A DNA stretch of 64,000 nt, taken from NCBI RefSeq assembly GCF_963921235.1, contig NC_086097.1, forward strand, positions 76,696,001-76,760,000, given 5' to 3'. The position numbers were made by a program, and so were the translations under genes. This DNA is from Mobula hypostoma. Taxonomy: Eukaryota. Within the stretch, counting starts at the first letter, position 1. The number at the start of each line of letters is the position of its first letter. Below the pieces are notes generated by a model. It was not told the DNA's origin, searched no databases, and saw only the letters and a list, made by a program, of their open reading frames with translations. This document shows, piece after piece, positions 12,454 to 25,657 of this stretch.

Positions 12454-12935
12454 TTCAAAGTTCAAAATTTATTATCAAAGTAAATATATATTACCATATT
12501 CTACACTGAGATTTGTCTTCCTGCAGGCATTCATAGGAAAAAAGAAATACCATAGATTTTACAAAAAAAACTTTGCTGACAAAGTTTTTTTCTATTATAG
12601 GAAACATTTATTCAGTGACATGGGTAGGTAGTTTCTTTTCTCATCTTGCTTTGCTTATTGATGAATCAGATTCAGATTTAATATCATTGGCATATGTCAT
12701 GAATTTTGTTCCTTTATGGCAGGAGTACAATATAATAAATATAGAGAAAAAAAACTGAGTTAGATTAATTAAGTATATATATGTATATCAAAATAACAGA
12801 AATAAAAATAAAAGTAGTGAGGTAGAGTTCATGGGTTCATGTTCATTTAGAAATCAGATGGCAGAGGGGAAGAATCTGTTCCTGAACCACTGAGTGTGTG
12901 CTTTCAGACTTCTGTACCTCCTTCCTGATGGTTTT
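12454..12935 (-). mobile_element. Two Rex1/Babar-like 3' end fragments
   Basis: ttcaaagttcaaa and aatcagattcaga tails, similar to the plus-strand Rex tails at about 20270 and 36950. Confidence 0.6.
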
Positions 12936-14649
12936 ATGATGCAATATTGTGGTGCTTCCTGACTGACAAACATAAGATTTAAGGACTCTGATGTAATAAG
13001 TAAACAGATTCATCCTATGAAAACTTATCAAAGTCAACCTTTGTTTCTAGTCTATGAGAACTCTTTCAGCTGATAAAATCATCATAAATATTTGCTGATT
13101 ACATATACCGTGGTTGAAGAAATCATGGAACCAGATAGAGGTGGACATGGCCCAGCTCTCACATTCCGGAAACCCACAATCATACTGAGAGATTGTGAAT
13201 GTGCAGATCCATACCCATTGCTATTGCTGTTGATTGAATTGGATTGGACCACAAGTCTGGACATAGAAACTGTCTTCATGCTTACAAATTGCCTGATAAC
13301 AGTTTGAAAGCTCATGCCATCAAAGGACTTTTCCATAGCTTCCGAATCTCTCCGATAATCAGTCACTTCAGAGCTAAAAATTGTTTACAAAATTCAAAAA
13401 CATTCTAAATTTACTTCAAATCACATTCATCTTAAAGTAACTGAACCATTAATATTAAAAGTAAAAATTTGGAAAATTTCATCGAAGATCTATTTGAATG
13501 AATAGGGGCAGCTGTGGCTAGTATAAAGCATGTTAGGCCAAATGCAAAGTATATTCAGCCCCTCAACTCCATAGATTATAGAACTGCTGCTGAATATGAT
13601 GCCAAGTGCAGCAGTGAAGCAAAAGATTGAATCTGTTGCCAGGTGATGTTTCCACCTTTACATTCTTCTGCTCTGCTATCTATCCAAAGGCATAATTCAA
13701 TGTTGTGAATAGGATTATGGAAATCGGTTGGATTTTTTTTGAGTGGTTAATCACAATTTTATGTCTATGAAGATGTAATATTAGCAGGAGATGAAAGGGT
13801 CCCCATTTTTCCCAGGGTTGGATTCTTCAGTAGTCTGATTCTCAGACTTCACCTTAACGCTAAGCTGTTTGCTGCCTTGAGCTTAATGAAGGTAAAGGGG
13901 AGGTGACCTTCACTGCCAAGTAGAAGGAAACTGACCATTTTGAAGAGGGCTATTTGCTGCAATGCCATTTAGGAGGCAGAGCAGTGGGTGGGCACACATC
14001 TTGCATTAAAACACCCAAACTAAACCAGCCTGTAACAGTTTCATGAGATGATGAGGTTAAAAAAAAACAGACATGGGAATTTTGTGAGATAATCCGGACT
14101 GACAATATTTTTACCCTGTAGCATTTGCAAACATTTTTTATGTGAAAAACCCCATTAAATGATTTTACTCAATTGATGCTGAATCTGCAGGTAATTGTGT
14201 CTTGACTATCAAAGGGAGAATATTTCCTGTGTTGCCTTGGATGATGGCCAAAAAGACATTAAATTAATAATACAATTTTACTCATCAGCAATTTAATTTG
14301 CTGACAATGACATGAAATTTTTTGAATATATTTTTATTTAAAGTGTTAATTGGAAAGTGCAAGCTCACAGAATATTTTTTAAATTTGATTTTTAAATATA
14401 GAAATGAACAGTTAAAATGAAATAAACTCAAAGGGTTCACAAAGTACTGAGGTTGTTGATTTATTTTCTTGAGAAATCTTAGTAAGCACATACTTAATAA
14501 CATGCTTTACTTGTATTAGCTCAAAGAGAATAATCCTTCTCTTTTGAATCAGAAATATTAGTAGCTACTAAATGTGCCTCTTTAAAATTGAAGGCAAACC
14601 TTTACATCACCTTGACTAGTCCCATCCCCATCCTGAACTTGAACAAAAG

Positions 14650-15200
14650 AAATATAAGAAAATTAAAATAAAAAATCTGGAACTCTGAAATGAAAGGAAG
14701 TGCTATAAATGCTCAGTTAGACAGTGTCTGTGGAAAGAGAAACAGGGTTAACATTTCAAGTTGGAAATCCTTTGTTTAGACTTGAAGAGTGAGTAAACAA
14801 GTTTTACGTTGCAGCCAAGTTGGAGGAGGGGTGATTCAGACCAAGTAGTGTTTAGCTGTAGATGTAATCATGTGGTTAGTAGATTATGTGAAGGACAATT
14901 CATTGAGTGCAAAGGATGGTGACTTGGAAAGTGAGAGCAAAGAGAACTCTACTACTGCTGTGTTCTGCAGAAGAGGGAGTGAGAGCAGAGAAGTAGGACA
15001 CAGATCATTAGAAAAGACATGTCAGGAGATATCAATCAAGAGACTCCACCAAAATCTTAACACTGCAGCAAGCCATGCCTCACCTGTCAGAGATAAACCC
15101 TTTGTTCCATGCAGCCTAATTCCAACCTCTCTGCAATATAAAGCTAATTATTATCCCCTTCCCAGAAAGTCTGCCTCACCCCAAGAACAGGCTCAAGTTG
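14650..15200 (-). mobile_element. Old degenerate Penelope-like fragment
   Basis: aatgctcag...tctgtggaaagagaaacag..ttaacatttc tail motif. Confidence 0.4.
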
Positions 15201-15204
15201 TCAT

Positions 15205-15490
15205 TTAACCATATACTGCCAAAGGAAACAATGTTCCTCCAGACCAAGGTGCACAACACAGTGCATGCAACTCGCATACACAACACATAAAGTAAAATTA
15301 CCATGAATAAATTAACAAATAAAAAGGTGCATTTATGACTCAAGTTAAAAAGTAAACATATGACACTACTGATGCTTCATATGTGATGAGACCTGGGTGG
15401 TGGAATCGAATTCAGTGATCTTATAGCCTGGGGGAAGCTGTTTTCCCATCTTAACAGTTCTTGTCTTAATGCTATGGTACCAGCTGCCAC
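15205..15490 (-). mobile_element. Rex1/Babar-like 3' fragment
   Basis: Minus strand reads NSFPQAIRSLN. Confidence 0.6.
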
Positions 15491-15539
15491 ATGTGTGCCA
15501 CAGCTCCTGAGGTGATGCTGGATTGTGTAGCAAGAGAGA

Positions 15540-18500
15540 GAGTTCAAAAGTAGCGAGCGGAGGCAGTCAGGACATTCTGTGTGCCTCGGTTCCCAAGGAG
15601 ACATTGGATTGTGCATAATTAGGAACTTGGCAAGGGCCAATAAAAAGTAGTTTAAGTGGAGCAACCAATGCAGAAGTGGACATTGTCAGAGTGGAGAACT
15701 CTGGCTTTGGCTCATAGAGGCTTCAGTGAGGAGAGACAAAGACTGTAGGTAGATTTTTTACTGTTTAATTTTTATTTCTATCTTTCTTATTTCAAGTTAG
15801 AACACTGGAGATGCCAGGCAGGATAATGGAATTCTCCTCTTGCAGGATGTGGGAAGGCAGGGAGATCCCTAGTGTTCCTGATGACGACACCTGCAAGATG
15901 TGGTTGGGCAGAAAGAACTACAGTCTGCAGATCAGTGGATTCGAATGAAATAAGGACAGTGGAAGCAGGCAGGCTAATTGTCTTGGTAGTTACCATGTGT
16001 TTGAAGGAAATGGAGGTGGCCATTTTGAGAGGCTGTCCTTGCAGACCCCCATTTTGTGTACTCTGAACTGATTCTTGCTCTGGGACACTCTATTCAGAAC
16101 AATTAAATGTGGGCACAAGGAGTTTCTGTTGTTGACTTGTTAAGCCTGAGAGAATTCTCAGATAAGCTGTGTATTGTGTAGAATGGCAGATTTGCAGAAG
16201 TAATCTTGTTAGATTTAGGGTCTGGGAGAACCATAAATTACCAGTAGCCAATAACACTGCAAGGTACAGCTATACAGCTTTGGATACTGTTGGGGGGAGG
16301 ATCAAGCAGAAAAAAAAACACAGCAGTCAAGTCTCTGGAATTGAGCCTGATTCTGTGGCTCAGAAGGGAAGGGGTAAGAAGAGGAGTGCAGTAGTGATAG
16401 GGGATTCCGTAGTTAGCAGAGCAGACAGGAGATTCTGTGGACATGAAAGACACACTCAGATGGTATGTTGCCTCCCAATTGCCAGGATCAAGGATGTCTT
16501 GGATCAGGTCCACCATGTTCTAAAAGGGAAGAGTGAGCAGCTGTAAGTCATGGTACCTATTGGTACCGATGATATAGATAGGAAAAGGGAAGAGGTCATA
16601 AGAGAAAATATAGGGGGTTCGGTAGAAAGCTGAAAAGCAGGACCTCCAGGGAAGTAATTTCTGCATTGTTGCCTCTGCCGCGTGCCAGTGAGAGTAAGAA
16701 TTGGATGATTTTGCAGCTGAATGCATGTCTGAATAATTGATGTAGGGGCCAAGGTTTATGAGTTCTGTAACATTCTGTAACTTCTGGGGAAAGAGGTGAC
16801 ATAGGATTGGAAGATGTAGAATCCTTAAAGAACTGCAAAAGTAAAAAGATCATGATGGGAGTTATATGCAGGCCTCTGAACAGTAGCCAGCATGTGGGGT
16901 ACAAATTACAGCAGGGCATAAAAAAGGATTGTAAAAAGGTTAATGTTACGAAAGTCTTAGGAGTTTTCAATATGTAGGTAGGTTGGAAAAATCAGGTTGT
17001 TGCTGGATCCTAAGGGATGGAATTTATAGAATGCCTACAAGATGACTTTTTAGAGCAGTTTGTGGTTGAGCCCACTAGGGGAAAGGCAATTCTAGGATTA
17101 GGTGTTGTGTAATGAACCAGATTTGATTAGGAAGCTTCAGGTAAAGGAACCATTAGTAGACAGTGATCATAATATGATAGAATTCACCCTGCAGTTTGAG
17201 AGGGAGAAGCTAAAGTCAGCTATGTCAGTATTGCAGTAGAGTAAAGGGAATTGCAGATGCATGAGAGAAGAACTGGCCAAAGTTGATTGGAAGGGGACAC
17301 TATCAGGAATGACAGCAGAACAGTATTGGCTGGAGTTTCTTGGAGCATTTTCAGAAGGTGCAGGATCCCAAAGAAGAAGTATTCTAAAGGGAGGATGAGG
17401 TAACCATGGCTGACAAGGGAAGTCAAAGATTGCATAAAAGGAAAAGAAAGAGCCTGTAATATAACAAAAATAAATGGGAAGTTAGATGATTGGGCAGCTT
17501 TTAAAAACAAACAGAAGACAACTAAAAAATCTATAAGGAGAGAAAAGATGAAATGTGAAGGTAAGCTAGCCAATAATATAAAAGAGGATTCCATTTTTTT
17601 TCAGATTTATAAAGAGTAAAAGAGGAGAGGGTGGTTATTGGACTGCTGGAAAATGACGCTGGAGGAGGGGTAGTAATGGAGGACAAAGAAATAGCAGATG
17701 AACTTAAGTTTTTATGTTAGTCTTCACTCTGGAAGACACTAGCAGTAGTATGCCCGAAATTTGAGCATGTCAGGCAGCAGAAATGAATGCAGTTGCCATT
17801 ACTGAGGAGAAGGTGCTTGGGAAGCTGAAAGGTCTGAAGGTGGATAAGTAATCTGGACCAAATGAATTACACCCCAGGGCTTTGAAAGAGGTAGCTGAAG
17901 AGATGTGAGGGCATTAGTAATGAAGTAATTAGTAATCTTTTTAGAATCACTAGATTCCGAATGGTTCCAAAGGACTGGAAAATTACAAGTGTCACTCCAC
18001 TCTTTAAAAAGGGAGGGAGGCTGAAGAAAGGAAATTAAAGACTAGTTAGCTTGGCTTCAATGGTTGGGAAGATATGGAGTCCATCATTAAGGATGAGGTT
18101 TTGGGGTTCTTAGAGGCGCATGATAAAGTAGGCCAATGTCAGTATGGTTTTCTTCAAAGGAAATCTTACCTGATAAATATCTTAGAATTCTTTGAGGAAA
18201 TAACAAACAATATAGACAAAGAAGAGTCAGTGGATGTTGTTTGCTTGGATTTTCAGAAAACCTTTGACAAGTTGTTGCACATAGGACTGCTTAATAAGAT
18301 AAGAGACCATGGTATCACAGGAAAGATATAGCATGGATAGAAGTTGCAGTTGCTTTACCAGCAGGAGAGAAAGAGGGAAATAAAGAGATCCTTTTCTGGT
18401 TGGCTGCCAGTGACTAGCTGTGTTCCACAGGGATCTGTGTTGGGACTGTTACTTCTCATGTTATATGTTAATGATTTGGATGGTAAAATTGATGGATTTG

Positions 18501-19386
18501 GGGCCAGTTTGCAGAGAATATGATGACAGATGGAGGAACCGGTATTGTTGAGGAAGTAGGGATAGTGCAGAAGGACGTAGACAGATTGAGAGAATTGGTA
18601 AGGAAGTAGCAGATAGAATACAGTGTTGGGAAGTGTATGGTCATGCACTTTGGTAGAAGGAACAAAGGTGTAGACTATTTTCTAAATGGGGAGAACATTC
18701 AAAAATCATAGGTGGAAAGTGACTTGGGAGTCCTTGTTCAGGATTCCCTAAAGGTTAATTTGCAGGTTGAGTGGTGACAGAGAAGGCAAATGCAATGTTA
18801 GCATTGCATGTCTCAGAGGACTAGAAAGTAAAATCACGGATGTAATGCTGAGACTTTATAAGGCATTGGTCAGACCACACTTGGAGTATTGTGAGCAGTT
18901 GTGGGCCCCTTATCTAAGAAAGGTGCTGGCATTGAAGAGGGTCCAGAGGAAGTTCACAAGAAAGATTCTGGGAACAAAAGGGTTAATATATGAAGAGTGT
19001 TTGATGGCTGTGGACCTGTACTCATTGGAGTTTAGAAGAATGTGTGGGATCTCATTGAAACCTGTTGAATATTGAAAGGCCTAGACAGAGTGGATGTGGT
19101 GAGGATGCTTCCTACAGTAGATGAGTCTAGGAGCAGAGGGCACAAACTCAGAATAGAGGAACGCCCTTTTAAAACCAATGAGAACTGTATTCAGCCAGAG
19201 GGTGGTAAATCCGTGGAGGCCAAGAAATTTGGTATATTTAAAGCAGAGGTTGATAGGTTCTTGATTATAGGTTATCAGGAGAAGGGGGTTGAGAGGGATT
19301 AACAAATTGGCCATGATAGAATGGCAGAGCCGGCTCAGTGGGCTGAAGGGTTTAATTCTGCACTGACGTGTTATGGTCTTATGGTA
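15540..19386 (+). mobile_element. CR1 LINE, near full length but decayed (ORF1 with GDS/SGNH esterase, partly deleted endonuclease, RT)
   Basis: AVVIGDSVVSRADRRFCG, DVVCLDFQKTFDK, LVRPHLEYCEQLWAP; ttatggtcttatgg tail. Confidence 0.9.
15899..16235. mobile_element. Probable solo LTR interrupting CR1 ORF1
   Basis: TGTGGTT...AACCATA near-inverted ends, internal ATTAAA; no clear TSD. Confidence 0.45.
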
Positions 19387-19389
19387 GGG

Positions 19390-20520
19390 GGTCAAAAAGA
19401 TTGTTCAACGGATGGGAGGGATCTTTGTCAATTCTAAGAACGCTGTATATGCAGCGCTCCTGAACTATCAATAATGGGTGGAAGAGAGACTCTGAAGCAG
19501 TCGTCTCAATCCTTTGTGGGGACTTGCGGTCAGATGCGTTGCAATTCCCGTATCAGAGGACCTGTCCTGGGTCCAACGCATAAGTGCAATTATGAAGAGT
19601 GCACTGCAGGATCTCTACGTCCTTAGGAGTTTGTGGAGATTTGGCTTGACGTCAAAACTTGACAAACTTTTAGAGGTGTGTAATGAAGAGTATATTGATG
19701 GGCTGCATCACAGCGTTGTATGGAAGCACCAATGCCCTTGAATGGAAAATTCTATAAAACGTAACGGATACGGCCCAGTCCATCACGGATAAAGCCCTCC
19801 CGACCATTGAACATGTTTCCATGAAACGCTGTCGCAGGAAAGCAGTATCCATCATCGGGGATTCCCACCACCCAGGACACATTCATTTCTCATTTCTCAA
19901 GAGCCTTAGGACTTGTACCACCAGGTTTAGGAACAGTTATTGCCCCTCAGCCATCAGGCTCTTGAACAAACAGGATAAATTCACTCAACTTGACTTGCCC
20001 ATCGTTGAAATGTTCCCACAACCAATGGACTCATTTTCAAAGACTTTTCATCTCATGTTTTCAATGTTTGTTGCTTATTTATTTATATTATTGTTTCTTC
20101 TTTTTGCATTTGCACAGTTTGCTGTTTTCTGCAATCTGGTTGAAAGCCATTTTGGCAGTCGTTCATTGATTCTGTTATAATTACTTTTCTATAGAAATGT
20201 TGAGTATGCCCACAAAAAAATGAATCTTAGGGTTGTATATGGTGACATATATATACTTTGATAATGAAATTTACTTTATATTTTGATGCAGCCAGTCAGG
20301 ACTTTCTTGATGGTGCTCCTGTAAAAATTGGTTAGAATGATGGTGGGGTGGGGGGACTCCTCACTTGCTTCAAGCTCCTCAGGGAGTGGAGACACTGCTG
20401 TGCTCTCTTGACCAAAGAGGCCATTACGTGCACTTCTAGAAAGCTGGTACTCCTAACTCTCTCCATGGAGGAGCCACTTATGTGCATTGAGTGGTCAGCC
20501 TGCACCTTCCTAAGATACTC
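19390..20520. mobile_element. Nested Rex1/Babar-like fragments (plus-strand 3' copy at about 19545-20280 inside a minus-strand copy)
   Basis: SLRTCTTRFRNSYCPSAIRLLN. Confidence 0.7.
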
Positions 20521-22965
20521 CTAAAGCACCTCCTGAGAATGTCCAGTCTTCACCTAAAACTAACCAACTCGTTCCAGTTTTGTGTGACACTAAGTTTTAA
20601 AAGTGATTTTGCGATCTAATGTGCGTAAGATATAGATTGCATTATCTGTTCCCACTTCCATACTGGATTGTGTAAATGTTTGCAAAAGTACAGAGCAGCC
20701 ACTGGAGAAAATGTTGATTTACTTGTCTTCTGATCTCAGTTTATTTTACATCTAGGAGCTGCTGCAGCTGATTCAAGCCCCTTCTGCTTGCGGGCTGAAA
20801 ATGCATTTCTGCTGATGCAGATATGGTCCTTGGTTCATTTTTGGTTGGTCAGATATGTTTAAAACAATCTATCCATAGCAGTAATTCTGTTCTAGGAACA
20901 AGACACTATCTAATTTGATTTTGGTTAGCGAATACATTTTTGGAAGCTTTTACTGTGGCGTAATGGAATTGATCTTCTAGCCAACTTACTTACTGAGCCT
21001 ACTTATCATTACTTTAATTTAATTGAACCCAGCAGTGTGACTTTAGTAAATGATTTAAGAACTGCTTATCTTCAAGTCCAAAGGAAGTTGGTAAAAAGTT
21101 AATCATAAATTTTATCATGGAAGCCTTTTTGTCTGTTTGTAAGTGAACTAAAAATATTAGTTTTCCAAAATGTTTTTTATTTCATCTTGTTATTACAAAA
21201 TACCTAAATTGTTAATCTTGTTATACTCCATTTTTAAAGATGCACTGTTTCAGATTAAGTGTATCAACTTTGCAATTTCTTACCTTTCTTGGGGATTTTA
21301 AGGTTACATGTCCTCTGTATGAAAATGAAAACTGGAAGTCCTGCTCTTGTGGCTCTACGTACAAGTGGTCACTTCCATCATAATCCACCTTGTATATATT
21401 TATTAAATATTGACAGTCCTGTTAATTTTCACTGGGATTATCCTGAGTTTATGTTTAACTGTGCATTATGGGAATGCAGTTTCTGATGTTGTCATTCATT
21501 GACTGCAAAGACAAATATGTAAATGTTTTATAAATAAGTATTTCTTGTTCACTGGTGGGTACAAATTATATGAAATGCAACCTTCTGCAGTGAGAGTTGC
21601 GGAACGTTAGCGGATTATTTCAAGGCAAACCCTCACAAGTTGCCTCTCTTAAATAGTTGATTTTTAAAATTTAAAGCCATTAATGGTACATAATCTAATG
21701 TGACATTTGCATTTGTCATTGGGACTTGGCAATGTGAATGGCAGTTAAAAATGTGCTTCAATAACTTCCAAGATCTAATGGTTTAGTTGAATTTTAAATG
21801 CGACATGACAAATGACTTTTATTGAGTAATTTCTCTGGAACATCATATACTTCCTTGACATTGTGTGGTATGGTAATTGAACTACAATGAATTCTGATAC
21901 ACTGCCCCTAAATAATAAAGCTTTTCTCAGAAGTTTGTGGACAAAAGCTATAGTTTATGGTTGGATTTTGCAACATTATGTTAGGTATATCGATCTCCTT
22001 TCAAGAAGTCTAAATTCTGAAGAATTTTGTGTTCAAGTCAGGTTATAACCAACCAGTACATCTGCACACCAACCTTTGTCTTTAACAAACACCTTCAATT
22101 ATCATTTTTATATACTGAGTCAACCTAACCAAAATCATAATGCAAAGAGAAAACCTGTCTAATTACAGTACTTTAGATGCATAACTTTATTTATTTTATT
22201 GTGTGGAATAGTCACCATGAATTTGAAATGATGTGCATGGTAGTGGTAAAATGCTGTTGCAGAAAGTAAAATGTAGAATAAATGCCAACGGGATCCATGC
22301 ATGGGAACATAAACATAAATCATATTGAACCCATCGCCTGGCTTCAGTAGAGCAATTAAGGTGGCACAGCCTTGGAAGCGTGTTAATTCTGCCTACATTC
22401 CTGACCAATACAGTATAGATAACCACATCTAGAAAGACCAGAGGGCTAGAATAAAGACTGTGAATGGTAGAAGTTCATCAGAATGTTAAAGAAGCACATT
22501 ATGGGTCTAAGGCCAGATCTCAAAAAAGATAATTAGATCAAACTATATCATGATACAACAATCATATTTTTTTCCTTTTGATTTCTAGGGAGGGAGTAGT
22601 GCTTACAAGATCTGCTCATAATTTAGAATATCTTGTAGGGTTCTCCATTTTACATTTGCAGATTGATTTAATTTGTAGAGAGTAAGAATTCATTCTTAAA
22701 GAACAATATTGATTTTATTTTATTATTACACTATTACATAATACTATCATGTACTTGGCTTAGTTACAATTTACATCAGAAACAAAAATCACAATTTCTA
22801 CTTACAACATATAAAAAGGACTCTTTTAATTACACAGTTTACACTAATTTTTTTTATACCTGGTACATAATGCCATCGTCGACTGTAGTTCCTTATGGTA
22901 AAAACATTGACCAGCAGGACATAGCTAAAGATTTCTTTGTTTTGTTTTGTTTTTATTGCATTAAG

Positions 22966-23016
22966 GGCTCTATCAAAAGAAGTTCCATCAGTGCCAAGAA
23001 GAAAAAATCTCTGAGG
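22966..23016 (+). CDS. Candidate 51-nt cassette exon GSIKRSSISAKKKKSLR
   Basis: tttctttgttttgttttgtttttattgcattaag| ... CTGAGG|gtaactatc; open in phase 0; lies between the two RYR2-like micro-exons. Confidence 0.5.
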
Positions 23017-24811
23017 GTAACTATCGTTGCTCTGATATTTCTATAAAGAGGAAAAATACAGTTTAGGTTAAGTAGTACCATTAAGTGGTAATGGCTACTA
23101 ACAAAAACCACTAAAATCGTTATTTATCATGTGCATTCAATAATTTTCCAATTGGGAGAAAAATTTGCTGAATTTAACAAAAAGAGCTGCAGGTAGTCAC
23201 TATAGCCGTATCTGACTGAGCTGTGTACGACTCTCAATGAATAAACCAGACTGTTTTGTGCAACAGAGTCTACTAGTGATAAATAGGGGTAAGAAGATTT
23301 TGTTAGTTTACAGCAGCTACCAGATCAAATTAGTGAACAAATATAAATAATAGCTTTTAATATTATTGGATGTTTGTGACTTTATTAACATTCTACATTA
23401 TTTTAACAGTTATCAGTATAGATAATTATTTCACATGGAATGATTAGACTTGTGTCATTCCTTGTCACGTGCTTGGTGCATCTCCAAGTACAAATCCATG
23501 ACAAATTGCTTTCATGTTACTATGTAAGCAAAGACAGCAGACAATTTGAAGATGCCATTTAAAATAAATGACAAGGTACTAAGTTTGGTGATTATGGTTA
23601 GGTAAGCAAGTTGATTTGAAAAATCCTGATTTTTGAATGGACACTTGGATTTTTTACATCTGTCTCAGTAGGAATCTAGCTTGACTTTTTATTCAAAGCT
23701 TAATACATTTGGCCATTATCATGCTAAATTTGTGCCTCGCGTTTGTGTTTGCAAGTGAAAACACCATCTAAAAGATAGTTATACAGTTAACAGTTCATGA
23801 AAAACTACTTTACTAATGTATTGTAGAATATTCACCCATAATTTAAACATTAAAACTTACACATTAGCATTGTTCAGCAAGAAAATTAATGCAAAGTTTG
23901 AACTATATATAAAGCAATTCTTAAAAGTTTGATTTTGATGGCATCCCATTAAAATGATTGTAAATTGAAATAAAAAAGGTTACTTGTACTATTTTCCTAA
24001 ACTGTGGTGTTATTTTTCCAAAATAGATATGGTAAATCGAGAAATTCCCTTTGTCATTCAATTACTCTTGGAATTTTATACTTTGTTCCTATACCTTAAA
24101 AAATCTCGGTTATATTTCACTTTAAAATTGCCTGTATAATCTTATCAGGCTGTATTTAAAATTACCCACCAGTGATGCTGCTATAGTGTCTTAGTTTTTT
24201 GTCATTTAGCTCTTCAACTTGTGATAGAGTAGTCCAATCATTCCAACCACACTTGGTTCCTAAATTTAACTACACAATAATGTAACATAAATATGTTCTG
24301 CTTTTCTAACTTTAAATCAGAGGATAATTTTAATTGCAGAACTATGAAGATTGATTATGGAACAAATGTATAAGGTTTGTTCTTAATAATTCTCAGTAAA
24401 CTATTAGAAGATCAATGTGACACTATTATGTTCCCACTAGGATTTTCTGATGAAATCTCAATTCAATTTACATTTAGATTAAAATTTTGCTTTCAAGGAG
24501 ATGACTATACTTATAAGACAAGGTGTACAAGTTTGACTCACAATATAAAATGATATATTGATATTTAATACAAGTTGGAAGGCAGAATCCAGATTCAAAT
24601 GTACCTATAATAGCTATCTTGGCAATTTTTACACTTAAATAATCCATCTTGTTTTAAAATTACATACACTTCAATATTAAAGTCTCCATGTAATGGGTGA
24701 GCTATTTGAAATGCCTACACATCTTTCACACAGTTGATTTGATGCAGAATGCAAAAACAGGCATAATAATCTTAATCCATGTTATTTGCTTTCATCTTTT
24801 CTGCTTTCCAG

Positions 24812-24826
24812 AGATTTATGATAAAG
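24812..24826 (+). CDS. RYR3: 15-nt micro-exon RFMIK, homologous to RYR2 exon 5 (KFMMK)
   Basis: ttcatcttttctgctttccag|AGATTTATGATAAAG|gtaagt; consensus splice sites, same length and phase as RYR2 exon 5. Confidence 0.88.
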
Positions 24827-25657
24827 GTAAGTTAATTTGCTTTTTCAGCTCATGGTCCATTGAAAAATAATACTAGTTACCTGACTGCTGTGTTAGCACT
24901 TAGTGCAAAATTCCTGTACTTTTGCCAAATGGTACTATCCTGATTGAAACCCATTTATAATGTTAGCAAACATCGGCAGTGATTATTGTTCTTAAAAACA
25001 CAGAAGTTCTAAACCTTCCTCTATCTTTTCAGTAAACATGCTATGCATAACTTGCATAGATATAATCAATTATATAGATTGCAATTGGAAACAAAATAAA
25101 AACATCACTTCAAAACTGCAGTCAATATAGATTAATATTGAGGTAAAACAAATTTATCGTGCAGTACAAAGGACATGTAGACAGAAACCTAAATTTATTA
25201 GGGAGTAAAATGTTAAAAATAAGTGAGAACTAATAGTTCAATTTACTCAAATCTGATGTTGGGCTACAAATGAAAGGGGAACTATCAGGACCAGTGCCAA
25301 TCTTACTCTGATATATCATCCACTTGTTTCTTAGTGCAAACTGTGGATGTTCCCATTTCTCCAATCATAGTGCCTGCTGTACTCAATATTCCACTTCCTT
25401 GAAATGCAGTAACATCCTTATTGATGCATTATACTCATTGATTACATAACATTATACTTCTCATCATTTCATTGAGAATTGGAAAAAGGTGTAATGCCAG
25501 AGAATTCATGGAAATCTAATAATTATTCACCATAATGAAATTAAAACACTCTCAAGGAATTATGGTCAACTAGGTTTTCTAATATAAAGTTAATGAAATC
25601 CCTACTAGCGTCATAGAACTATAGAACAGTACAGCACAGAAACAAGCCCTTTGACCC

